Positions 52,308 to 63,870 of a stretch of DNA of 64,000 nt are shown in pieces. The stretch comes from Felis catus (taxonomy: Eukaryota): the NCBI RefSeq assembly GCF_018350175.1, contig NC_058368.1:133178001-133242000 (forward strand). Direction: 5' to 3'. Under the pieces are notes generated by a model. That model saw only the letters and a program-made list of their open reading frames with translations, searched no databases and was not told the origin of the DNA. Numbering within the stretch: the stretch's first letter is position 1; every line of letters begins with the position of its first letter. A program made the position numbers and the translations under genes.

Positions 52308-52623
52308 CCAAAGCCTTGTCTTAATTGGCATAATGTCTCAGGCAAATTTCACTTGATAATTTAAGTAAAGATGTTGCCAAATGCACGCCACATATTACTT
52401 CCATTTGCAACGAGATCATCACTATATTCATGTTCTAACAGGTAACAATCCAAACCAGAATTCTATTATGAGAATTTGTTTCGTAAAACTACTCCAAGAG
52501 CTACATCAGTCAGGAAAATAGAAACTTCTCGAGTTGTTAAAATAGAATGAATTTATGATAAGATAAAGTACTGAACACTGCTAAACTGTACACTTAGAAA
52601 TGGTTAAGATGATTTTATAACTG

Positions 52624-52834
52624 GGGGCGCCTGCGTGGCTCAGTCGGTTAGGGATCCGAATTCAGCTCAGGTCATGATCTTGAGGTCTGGGAGTTTGCGC
52701 CCTGCATCTGGCTATGCTGACAGCTCAGAGCCTGGAGCCTGCTTCGGATTTTGTGTTTCCCTCTATCTGCCCCTTTCCACTCACACTCTGTCTCTCTCTC
52801 TCTCTTTCTCAAAATAATAAATAAACATTTAAAA
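52624..52834 (+). mobile_element. CanSINE (SINEC_Fc-type)
   Basis: TSD aagatgattttataa at 52606-52620 and 52835-52849. Confidence 0.95.
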
Positions 52835-53739
52835 AAGATGATTTTATAAGAGAATCTAATACAGAGAATTGGCTTCATGAGATGGAAGAACAGAGAAACA
52901 AAAGATTTCGAGCTCATCCAGCGATTAGCAACCATGGGAAGCTGCTACCATCTCTCTGCTAGAGAGACAAGGACAGAAGACAATATTGACAGGTCTTCAG
53001 AACTGAAGTCCTACTCTGGGAGCTGAACGTGGTGGGCTTGTCACGTGGGTCCTGAAGCTATGGTTAAGATGCCATAGGAAGCAGAGGGAGGCTTCTTCCT
53101 ACCCCCCTCCTTCCAGTCTGCCACCAGTGCCTTCCATTGGCAGAGCTGACAAGATGCCCACAAACAGAGAAGCAGAGCAGGGGAAGGACAAAGAGGCAGT
53201 TGACCTGTGTATGTGTAAATGCATAGAAAAAAGTCTGGAAGAAATATAATCCAGTAACAAACTAGACTTCATCTCTCAGAGGGGTGCAGAGACTTGAAGA
53301 CAGTGCCTTTCGGAGCATCCCCGGCCTATGAAGAGAGCACCCTGTTGGAATGCCAAGGGCAGAGGCCACTCTGGGCGGGCAGACACATTTGGCCAAAAGG
53401 AGTGGTGAGTGGGCATGGGAGTCTCCAGTCAAAATGGGTCATGCATGACCCTCTGTCTTCTGTGATCTAGCTCTGGCCCAGGAGGAACAGAGAGTTATGA
53501 TGGCAAGGCCAAAAGCAGAAGAGGAAGGTGGCTGTGCTTAGTGGTGAGAAGTGGTTTTATGGCTCGGAGAAGAGTGAGTCTAGGAGCGGGTGTAGGGAAG
53601 AGGGAGGAGAGGGAAGAGCCCAGTACAGACCCACCACTGTCTGTGTGTCAAATCCCAGCCCATCTGTACTGCTCAGGAAACAAGAAGCGGGGGGGGAGGG
53701 GGGGGTGGGTGTGGAAGGGCGAGGGGGGCGGGTCTGGAC

Positions 53740-54120
53740 AGGCGTGTGGATGCCTCACAATATTTGGCCCTCCTTCTATTTGGCTATGTCAGTTCCAACA
53801 TGTTCACGTCACTGTCTTTTACGGCAATGCAAATCAAATATTCTATTGGGTCAGTGCAGAGCAGTCATTAAGTGGCCTGCCTCGGGGGATTGGATGCATC
53901 TCTGTCATCGAACTGGTGCTTTCCTGTCAAGCAGGCACAAGTCTGGCCACAAAGGCACAGTTATTTCATGACCTAGACTCCACCACGGGCAGTGACAGAG
54001 GTGTCCTTGTAAATGCCAGTCTTTGCTCTGCATAGATCAGCACTTGGCATTAATTGAATTACGTAAACATTCTTTTTTTAAATGTAATTATGAGGCAATT
54101 GCTGATGCAGAATACATCTA
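53740..54120. promoter_or_regulatory. Candidate enhancer / conserved non-coding element
   Basis: Lies in a ~2 kb stretch with no repeat I recognise; clustered octamer, NKX, MEIS, SOX, homeobox, PAR-bZIP and forkhead motifs (see findings). Function is inferred only. Confidence 0.45.
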
Positions 54121-55234
54121 TTTTTTTGTGGCTCTTTCTCCTCTGTGTTTAAGGGGTCACGGCAAGGTAACCCTCAAATACTTTGCCATCTTGGGAGTGC
54201 CCTGAACAGGAAAATTGTCGGAAGAGCAGGAAGGAATCCCCTCACTTTGACAGGTCTGTGGGATCCCTCTAGGGCTTAATTACTCTTGTCCTGTGTTCCT
54301 CTGTCGCTGGCCAGGAGCTGAGGTGAGGACAGACACATGGCCTGAATGTGTGCCTTCCCATTATGGCCCCAGTTGAAGGAGAAGGAGCTCGTCCCTGGGC
54401 CCCAGGAAGACCGGGGAGGCCTGGCCCAGCCCCCACACCCCAAACCTGGTGCAGTGGGCCACTGAGGCCTGTCCATCTGCCACACTGCCTTGGTTTTAAC
54501 GACATTGGTCCATGTGCTGCTGTTGATTCCTAATGATGTGCTCGAGCCCGGCTGGCTGACGTGTTTATTCTGTGGCTGCCAGGCTGGTGGAGATGGGTCT
54601 TTCATAAAGAATCACACTCCTTTCAAGTTTAGTTTGCTTTTTGCCCATCATTTGTTTTTGCAAACATTTCGGGATTAATTGAACACTCTTCCCCCTTCCA
54701 ACCAAAACACACGCTCGCCTTCCCTGTGCAATATGGCAATCTTGGCATTTGAGTATCTGCACTCTTTCATTTCTGAGTCCCCAGTGCTGACAGAAGACTG
54801 GTCTCAAGTAACCCCAGGCTGCTGTGGTGGAAAAAAATGGTGTTTCATTTAAGATTAGCCTCTTCAGTTTCTATCTCTGAAAAGCTCATTTTCTATAAAT
54901 CTAGGCTTGGGTATCTTCAGGCTCACCTCGAGCATGCGACTGCATATCTTTTGCTCCTCTTTTTAATTATAACTATGGGTTTGGAAGCTTCATATAACAT
55001 GTCATGTTTTGAGTAAGTGAAGAAGGGGAAAAGAGTCAGCTCTGGGCATCTTTAAAAGGTGTCAAGTAAAAATTGTTCCTCTCTGACACTTTTGCTATTA
55101 AGACTTGCTGGAAAAAAGGAGCTAGGAATTGAATTGTCTTCTTTATTTCTACTATTGCACACCCCATTTAAAAAATAAAGCAAAAAACTAGCAACTCCAC
55201 TATCATCCTCATTCTCCACTCCATCCTGGCTGCT

Positions 55235-55838
55235 CAGGAAAATCACCTGGAATGTTTAAAATTTTATGCATGTGTGGTAATCTGAATAATAGCCTCCCAA
55301 AGGTGGTCATTTCTAATCCCCAGGGCTGTTACCTTCCTGTGATTAAGTTGAAGGATCTTGAGATGTGAAGACTGTTCTGGGTTATCCTGGTGGGCCCTAC
55401 ATGTAATCCTGAGGGTCTTTAATAGTGGAAAAGGGGAGCAGAGGAAGAGAATAAGAGGGAGATATAACTATGGAAGAAAAGAACAGAGAGGTGCAACATT
55501 GCTGGTTTTGAAGATGAATAAAACAGGCCTCAGGGAGCAAGAAAACAGATTTTCTCTGAAGTCTGTAGAAAGGAAGAGAGCTCTGCTGGCATCTTGATTT
55601 TTAGCCCATTGAGGCCCATGTCAGACTTCTGACCTATAGAATTGTGAGATAAATTTGTGTTGTTTCAAGCCATTAAGTTTATGATCATTTGTCACAGCAG
55701 CAAGAGAAAACTAATGCATCATTTAAATTCACTGTGGTCTAATCAAACCTCAATTTGGAGAGGTGATCCCAGGCATCAATAAGTTTTAAAAGCTCTGCAG
55801 GTGATTCTCACATGTGGTAGGATTGAGCACCAGTGGGT
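55235..55838. mobile_element. MER5A-like hAT element with a nested MLT1D-like LTR (55273-55718, +)
   Basis: aatcacctggaatgtttaaaat | tgtggtaatctgaataat...acttctgacctatagaattgtgagataaatttgtgttgtttcaagcca...gaaaactaatgca | ttttaaaagctctgcaggtgattct...ttgagcaccagtg. Confidence 0.75.
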
Positions 55839-55849
55839 TGCACTGTCTT

Positions 55850-57670
55850 CATGTCCTTACACTTCTTTGCTCCTCAGTCCCCTGCAATCTGGCTGCTGCT
55901 CCCACCACTCATCTGAAACTCTTCTGACACAACTGTCACCTCCTTGTTGACAAATGCAGTGAACACTTCTCCCTCCTTACTTTATTCAACACTCAACACC
56001 ATTGGCCATTTCCTTATACTGAAACATGAAGATTCTACTAGAGAATCTTTGGCTTCCCTGATGCCTTTCCTGTTTGCCCTTTTACCTATCTGGTCTTCCC
56101 TGTGATTCTCTTCGGCAACTGCTTTTCTTCAGCTCAATCCTTAAGTGTTGGTGCTGTGAGGGTTCCATTCTAAAGTCCCATCTCTTCTCACTCACTCTCA
56201 CTCATGCTCTTCCCAGGGTGTTTCATTTATCACTTTGGCTTCTATAATGATGCATACCTAATCTAAATCTTCTGCTAAATCTTGTATTTCACTTTCTAAA
56301 CCATATATTCGAGAGTCTACTTCAAACTCAGTATGTCCAACACCAAACTCATTTCCCCCATCTTAATTCCCTTTCTCTGTGTGTGGCCTTCTTATCCATG
56401 CTGAAATTTAAGCCAAAAACCTGGGAACCATCCTGTCTCCTCCTTTGCCCTCACCTCTTCCTTCCCTAAGTCTAATTAATTACATCTTTCCATCGACTCA
56501 GTATTATCCTGACTCAGGCTACTTTCGTCTCTTCCTGATTATCACAACAGCAAAAGCCACCTCTCAAAAATGAAAATGTTATAACTCTACATACAACACT
56601 TTAACATCTCCCTCATCCTTAGGAATGAACTCCAAGCTTTTCACTCATCTTGGAGACACAGTGTCACCTTGCTCCTGTTTTGCTGTCTAACATCATCTCC
56701 TCCCATTCTTGGCCTCTTTATACCATCTCTCCAACTCTATGCCACAGCCATTGGACCTACTTTAGTTGCCTAAATGCATCATGCTTCCTCTTGTCCCAGA
56801 CTTTGCACATGCTGGTCTTTCTGCTTTAAACATATTCTTTGCTCACTCCAAGACTAGCCAAATCTTCCTCATGTTTCAGCTTAGCTGTTGCCATGGACTT
56901 TTGTCATTTTTGGCCGTATTCAGCCTCTCTTTAGCAATCAAATTGCTTTCTGGATAAGAAACCTTATTTCCTGTGTGTCTCTTTGGTTATGTGGTAAAAT
57001 GAAATGTCTGCCCCCATCATAGAACCTAAAGGGAGTTAACTCTCCTCTCATGGCTGTGGTACAGTCACATAGGTGAACTCTGACCTAAGCTGGTCAATCA
57101 GATGCTTTCTTCCAGGACTGTGAATCTCGTATAAATATGAAAGAAACAGGATGAAAGAAACAGGAAGTCCTTCATGCCCCTGGCAGGGCTCTGACTGGAC
57201 TGTTCTGTTCAGAGACTCTGCCTGGGTTCCTATTTCCAAACTCTTCAAAACTGCCTTGATTTGTCTCCATAAGCCTGCTTCTCTAGCTGCTCCATTGATT
57301 CTGCTTGTGTTCAGTATCATGAACTGTGAGATCATGACCCGAGCCGAAGTGGGACGCTCAACCCACAGAGCCACCCAGGTGTCCCTACATTTCTTTATAT
57401 TTAAGTTAAAGTTGGTTTCTGGTTTTTTTGTTTGTTTGTTTGTTTCTGTAAAGTATTTTATGTCTCCTTCGCCCTACTATGGGCTCATCTTTATTATAGT
57501 AGTTACTATAATGTATTAAAATATCACTGTACTTTTCCGTTTGGCCAAGCAGACCATAAATTTCTTGAGAGCAGGAACAATACTTTGTTCATTAACTATA
57601 CACCCAATCCAAGTGCAGTGGCTTATGTATAATAAGCATTTAATAGCAGTTGGGGAATATATGAATGCAA
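55850..57670 (+). mobile_element. L2 LINE fragments interrupted by an LTR16-like LTR (~56900-57450)
   Basis: ctgcaatctggctgctgctcccaccactc; cttcaaactcagtatgtccaacaccaaactc; ctttgcacatgctg; L2-like 3' terminus at 57560-57670; LTR16-like gtcacataggtgaactctgacctaagctggtcaatcaga. Confidence 0.6.
57317..57385 (-). mobile_element. CanSINE head-only fragment
   Basis: tcatgaactgtgagatcatgacccgagccgaagtgggacgctcaac...gagccacccaggtgtccc with no body or tail. Confidence 0.85.
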
Positions 57671-57974
57671 TTCATTCTTCGATATGAACAGAATAAATGT
57701 GGAAAAGATTCATCGTCTATTGATTTCAATGTTTCCCATACAGGCTATTGCCAGCTTATATATCATCATCAGAAAGTTTAATTAAGGCTTCCTCTGCCAG
57801 GTGGCAAAAACATTCAGGTAATTGTGCATTATCTGCACAATGAAAGCCCAAAGCAAAGAAATTAAATCCAAACTAAAAAAACCAAAAGAAAGACTTCCCC
57901 TTCTGGGTAGCTGGAGAAGACATACTTTTCCCTATGCTACCTACCCCTAAGTACAACACATATTTCTAGGAAAA

Positions 57975-58850
57975 CATCACTAATCATTAGGGAAATGCAA
58001 ATCAAAATTACAACAAGATATCACCTCACACCATCAACAAAAAGATAAGAAATAACAAGTGTTGGTAAGGATGTGGAGAAACTGGAATTCGTATGCACTG
58101 TTGGTGGGATTGTAAATGAGTGCAGCCAGTATAGAAAACATGGGGAGGTTATTCCAAAAATTGAAGTCAGAACTACCATATGACCCAGAAATTCCACTTC
58201 TGAGTATATATCCAAAGGAAACAAAATTACTATCTGAGAGAGATATCTGTACTCCCATAATCCTTACAGTATTATTCACAATAGCCAAGATGTGAAAACA
58301 ACCTACCTGTCCATTAATGGAGGAATGGATAAAGAAAATGTGAGATACATGCACACACACACACACACACACAAGAAAAAGGACATCTTGCCATTTGTGA
58401 CAACATGGATGGACCTTGAGGGCATGAGCTAAGTGAAATAAGTCACAGAAAGATACTGTATGATCTCCTTATATGTGGAATCAAAAAAACCCAAACTCAT
58501 AGAAACAGAGATCAGATGTGTGTTTGCCAGGGGGGGGGGGGGGGGGGGGGAAGGGGAGCTGGGGACTCAGGAAATGAGAAGGTAGCCAAAAGGTACAAAC
58601 TTTGAATTATAAAATAAAGAAGTTCTGGGGATATACCATACACATGATGACTATAGTTAACCATATTGTATTGTATAATTGAAAGCTGCTAAGAAAATAG
58701 GTCCTAAAAGTTCTGGTCACAAGAAAAAGAATTATCATATGAGGTGATTATTATGATCATTTGACAATGTATACATATATCAAATCATTACATTGTATAC
58801 CTTAAAATTATACAATGCTTTATGTCGATTACATACCAGCAAAACTGGAA
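57975..58850 (+). mobile_element. L1 (L1MA-like) ORF2 end plus 3' UTR, with a G21 run at 58530-58550
   Basis: catcactaatcattagggaaatgcaaatcaaa...cttgccatttgtgacaacatggatggaccttgagggc...ttgtataccttaaaattatacaatg. Confidence 0.88.
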
Positions 58851-59029
58851 AAACATAAAAATGTAATGGCATACATAAAAATAATGTGTAATTAGTTATT
58901 AGGGAAATGAAAAAATGCTGATGAGGATGTGGAGTAATTAGAATTCTTATACATTGCTGGTGGGAGGGTAAATTGCTGCAATCATTATGGAAAATGGGCA
59001 GTTTTAACTAAAGCTAATCATATACATAT

Positions 59030-59960
59030 ATTATGACTACAAATAAATGGAGAGACATACCATGTTTGTGGATTGGAAGAATCAACATGATAAAGATGTC
59101 AGTTCTCCTCAAACTGATACACAGATTTCAAACAATTTCTATCAAAATCCCAAAAAAACTTTTTTTTGGTAGATATAAACGAAATTATTCTAAAGTTAAT
59201 ATGGGAAGGAAAAGAAATTAGAATCGCTAAAACAATTTGGAAAAGAGTAAAGTGAGAGAAAACAGTCTGCATGATTTCAAGATTTACATAACTACAGAAA
59301 CCAAGATTGTGTGGTATTAGTGGAAGGATAGACCTACAGATCACAGACCCACAGAATAGAGAACTCTTAAATAGACTCACATAAACATGCTCAAATGACT
59401 TTGACAAAGTTTCAGTAGTAATTTAAAATTTTTTTTAACGTTTTTATTTATTTTTGAGACAGAGAGTGACAGAACATGAAGGAGGGAGGGGCAGAGAGAG
59501 AAGGAGACACAGAATCGGAAGCAGGCTCCAGGCTCTGAGCCATCAGCCCAGAGCCTGACGCGGGGCTCGAACTCACAGACCGCGAGATCATGACCTGGCT
59601 GAAGTCGGACGCTTAACCGACTGCGCCACCCAGGCGCCCCATCAGTAGTAATTTAATGAAAGAAATATAGCCTTTTCAACAATGGCATTGGATCTTGGAT
59701 ATTCATGGGCAAAAAGAAAAGAAAAGACTTATCCCAAGTTTTCACACCTTAATATAAAACTTAACTGAAGACACGGATAAATTAAAATTGAGAGCTAGAA
59801 AAAGATATGTCATGCAAACAACAACAGAAAGATGGAGTGGCTTTATTAATACCAGACAAGGCAGCCTGGAGAACAAGGATTACTACAAGCAGTAATGGGT
59901 CATTATATAATGATAAAAGTATCAATTCACCATGAAGAAATAATTCTAAATGTGTGTTCG
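59030..59960 (+). mobile_element. Old L1 ORF2 fragments
   Basis: ORF 59033 translates NKWRDIPCLWIGRINMIKMSVL (ORF2-like); an EN-like piece lies at 59770-59960. Confidence 0.8.
59427..59640 (-). mobile_element. Young CanSINE (SINEC_Fc)
   Basis: TSD tcagtagtaatttaa at 59412-59426 and 59642-59656. Confidence 0.97.
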
Positions 59961-60333
59961 GGTTTTGTTGTATGTTGACAAAATAAGTAGTTGGTCATCA
60001 TTATTAGTTTTAATAGCTTCAGCATTGTAAGCAGAATCTAAAAGAAAGCTACCTTTTGATAGCTTTCAAAATGAACTCCTAGTTGTTTCTCAGTCAACGA
60101 AACATCTCTTGGAATCATGGATTCTTCTGCCATCATGTAGGGTAGGAATCTTGAGCAAATATGGCAAATGGCTTCTGACAGGCTGGCTCCTGATTTCTGA
60201 CCCTAAAAGGTATGAGTGTTTGAAGCTATAACTCAAGCCTGGAGTGAGCAATCATAAATGACCTCACACTTATTGCCCTCAGTCCCAGTTTGCAGCATGC
60301 TTTTTGCCTTCCAACTTAATGAAAAAAAAAAAA

Positions 60334-60439
60334 ATCTATCATCTCTATCTCTATCTCTATCTCTATCTCTATCTCTATCTCTATCTCTATCTCTATCTCT
60401 ATCTCTATCATCATCTCTATCTCTATATATCTCTATCTA
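60334..60439. repeat. (TCTATC)n hexanucleotide microsatellite following a poly(A) run
   Basis: Directly visible. Confidence 0.93.
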
Positions 60440-61916
60440 GAAACCAAAGCAATGACCTTAGAAATTCTCTGAACTCCCTGCCTCCACAGCCCCCTCCTTA
60501 TTGGCAGAAGGGGGCCTTGATGAGTGAGTCTTCACCTGACATGCTGCTAGGAGGCATTTCTTAAGTTTCCTTCCTTCATGGGATGGAGAGTCATTACCTG
60601 ATTCTGATTCCTTTTGTATTTCCTCACAGGCCAGTCTACTGAGTGGCTTCTGACCCATCTGCCAAATGTTCCTCTAAATCACAGAACGGAATATATGGAG
60701 GAATATCAGTAACCAAAAAGATGTTGGTAGATCGCTGCAATAAAATGAAACCATAAGATGAAATTATTAAGAATAAACATCATCAAGTATTTATATATAA
60801 GAGATCAGTTTCTTTGTAATGAGCATATAGGAGGCCAGTGTAGGGAACCCCTGAGGAAACTGGCAACATGGTCACTATCTGAGAGGGAAACTAGTAAAAT
60901 TCAACTTAAAATGCACGAGGACAGAGATCACACATGTACCACACGTACAGACAGACCCACAGACCACCCTTTCTCATGACAATCAATGCAACAACCCCCA
61001 ATAAAATACATGCAAACAGACAGCATGTTAAAAGATTAATATTATGTGGTCAAAGGAATTTATTATATAAATCCAAGTCTGTTTTCATTATTTATATATT
61101 TATTAATATATTTCACATTAATTGATATAAATAGAAAAATCATATGTTTATTTATTTCTATGAGTGCTGTAAAGGCTTTTGAGAAAACTCAACATCCATT
61201 CTCCACTTTTTAAAAAAAGAGTTTAACAAAATGGGAATCAACAGATTCTCTATTATGCAAAACCCAGTATTATGCATAACAGACAGAGTGGAAGCATTCC
61301 TATTGGAATCAGAAACAAAGAAGACACTGCCACTTGTATTATTTCCCATGGTCTGGGGGTATTCTTCAGCACAATTAGAAAAGAGAAAGAAATGAGTGGT
61401 TTAAAACTCGAAATAGAGGACATAAAATTACAGTTATTATAGTTATTAGCAGATAACCTAAGTATTTGCCTCAAATATCCAAGGGAGAGTACATTGAAAT
61501 TCTGTTACTCTCAGGGAATTCTGAACAAAGATAACTGAACAAAGATCACATATGGAAACCACTAGCTTTCACATGTGCAAACTATAATCAGTCAGAACAA
61601 GAGACCCCAACAACAAACACAAAATATACAAAACACTTAGAAATAGCCTTAACAAGAAATGTACAAGATCTATAGAAAGAAAACTTTCAATACTAGTGAA
61701 GATCACAGTAGAACATTTGAGCAAATGAACCATGTATTGAATGAATAGATAGGGAATTTTATCACCATAAAGGTATTAATTCTCCCTCCTAAGATGTCCT
61801 AAAATTGTAATACACTTCCAATAAAATATAAATCGGAGGTTTTTTTTGGAACTAGGCAAGCTAATTCTAAAATTTATATAGAAAAATAAACAATCCAGGA
61901 AAGCCAGGAAAATTCT

Positions 61917-62364
61917 TTTCTTTTAAAAATTAAAAAAAAATGTTTATTTATTGGGGTGCTGGGGGTGCTCAGTTAAGCCTCTGACTTCAGCTCAAGTCAT
62001 GATCTCGGGGTTCACAAGTTCAAGCCCCAGATCAGGCACTGTGCTGATGGCTGGGAGCCTGGAGCCTGCATCAGATTCTGTGTCTCCCTCTCTCTCTCTG
62101 CCCCCCTGCCTCTCACGCTCTGTCTCTCTGTCTCACACGTTTGCACATGTGAATTAATATTTATTAATGTTTATTTATTTTTGGGAGAGAGAAAGAGAGA
62201 GAAAAAATGCAAGTGGGGAAGGGGCAGAGAGAGGAGGACAGAGGATGGGAAGAGGGCTCTGTGCAGATAGTAGCAAGCCCTATGTGGGGCTCCAAATCAG
62301 CAACAGGGAGATCATGACCTGAGCGGAAGTCTGACACTTAACAGACTGAGCCACCCAGGGGCCC
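61917..62364 (-). mobile_element. Host CanSINE (tail 61917-61952, body 62166-62364)
   Basis: Outer TSD core gaaaattct at ~61908-61916 and 62371-62379. Confidence 0.85.
61953..62165 (+). mobile_element. CanSINE nested in the tail of an opposite-strand CanSINE
   Basis: TSD aatgtttatttatt at 61939-61952 and 62166-62179. Confidence 0.88.
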
Positions 62365-62545
62365 TGCTACGAAAATTCTGAAAAACAAAAACAATAGGAG
62401 GAGACAGTTTCTGCCAGATATGGAAACAATATTCGAAACTGACACTGAACCTTAAACAGACTAATGGAAAAAAAAAATAGAGAGTCTAGAAATAGACCCT
62501 CCACACATGGGGTTTATTGTGTGATAAACATGGCTTTTCCAGTCA

Positions 62546-63082
62546 GTGGTGGGCTGAGTGTTAGCACTCAGCTCCATTCTTAACCTTCCTTGCTCTCATG
62601 TGCTGGAAGTCAGTACCCAACATTTGCAGACTCCCTCATCATCTTCCCTTGGTTCAGTTCTGTGAATGGGTGGCATTGGTCGGGATGAAGAGGCAAGAGT
62701 AAGAAGAAACCAATTTTGTGCTTCTAGTGCCTCTTCTGGTTGTGGTAATACCATCAATGGCAGGCAATTTGGGCTTCCCTAGTATCAGTGAGAGTGGTAG
62801 CGGTTTCAAAAACATCCTTAAAGTTTCTGGATTCCTGCTCAGTGTTTGCAGTGAGATTACAAAAACGCAAATGACTGGGTTGCCCACAGTTCAGCAGCAA
62901 ACATCGACCTGTGGTTTCCAGTCCAGGGCACTGGTGGCTTCATGACCCCTGAGTAATATCCCTTTTCCCTTTGCTTCTTCAGGCCATCAATGTCTTTGTC
63001 ACTAATTCATTGCATTAAATTTCCCTCTGCTTGAAATCTCCAGGGTGCTTTTGGATTTCCTGGCAGGACACTAAGTGATACA
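62546..63082 (+). mobile_element. LTR33-like ERVL solo LTR
   Basis: cattaaatttccctctgcttgaaat...ttcctggcaggacactaagtgataca terminus. Confidence 0.55.
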
Positions 63083-63516
63083 CAGAGAAAATAACAAGTA
63101 TTCAATAAATGATATTGGTGAAAATAGGTAGTCAGCCTCTGAAAAAAAGTAATAAATAAGTGTGGTTCCCTACATGACATCTTATCAAAATAGGTTTTAG
63201 ATGAATCAAAGATTTGGATGTAAAAGAAGTTAAGTCATAAAAGTACAGAAGAAAGCCTAGTGGATTTCAAAAATAATAAACTCAGAGGGAAGATCTTTCT
63301 AAGACATTCCCAATTAGAGACATTTGAACAATTTAATTCCATAAAAGATGTTGGCATGCCAGAAAAAAAAAATTCCCAGCACAAAGGAAATCAAAAAACA
63401 GGAAAAATATTTGCAATGGATATCCACAGACAAACACCAGCACCCCAATAGAAAATTCAACAAAGGTCATGGACAGAAGGTTTGCAGAAAGGATAGATGA
63501 ATGATTTTTAAACAAG

Positions 63517-63870
63517 TCAGAATTCAGTAGCGAAACCATCTGGTTCTGGGCTTCTGTTTGCATGGAAGTTTTTAATTGCTGACTCAATCTCTTCCCTCAT
63601 TATCAGTGTGTTCAGATTCTTTAGTTCTTCTTGATTCAGTCTGGATAGATTGTGTGTATCCAGGAATTTATCCATTTCTTCCAGGTTGTCCAGTATGTTG
63701 GTATATAGCTGTTCACAGCAGTCTCTGATGATCCGTTTAATTTCTCTGGTGTCAGTGGTAATGTCTTCACTTTCATTTCTGATTTTATCCATTTGGACCT
63801 TTTCCCTTTTTTTTTTTTCTTTTTTGTAGTTACTCTAGTTACGATGTGACAATTTTGTTTGTCTTGGACA
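63517..63870 (-). mobile_element. L1 ORF2 fragment (EN-RT linker)
   Basis: ORF 63517..63792: KIRNESEDITTDTREIKRIIRD..LDNLEEMDKFLDTHNLSRLNQEE..SPEPDGF. Confidence 0.9.

Larger units (their letters stand above)
49440..53205 (-). mobile_element. Internally deleted ERV-L-class provirus: LTR (49440-49870), integrase and gag remnants, LTR (52502-53205)
   Basis: Minus-strand translations give ERV-L Gag-like LKESL...LNVKPSHVSYVNVRALFENDWDP (~51770-51935) and integrase-like SEQVIHFIVKGMQQWLHTHGI / PEEAGQIEW..CQLG (~50990-51130); both flanks resemble LTR33/LTR41-type LTRs in the same orientation. Confidence 0.75.
60960..63510 (+). mobile_element. Highly diverged L1M ORF2 remnant interrupted by two SINEs and an LTR
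   Basis: aaaggcttttgagaaaactcaacatccattc; acttagaaatagccttaacaagaaatgtacaagatctata; agagtctagaaatagaccc; aaaatatttgcaa. Confidence 0.7.

Noticed and set aside
53528..54035. Overlapping 147-aa and 164-aa ORFs
   Set aside because: No recognisable protein; the G-rich tract suppresses stop codons; a regulatory reading fits better.
58530..58564. G21 run with G4 potential
   Set aside because: Expansion of the usual G-rich tract in the L1 3' UTR; homopolymer length is also error-prone.
62552..62571. Hairpin gctgagtg-ttag-cactcagc
   Set aside because: An 8-bp stem inside an old LTR, expected by chance in 64 kb.
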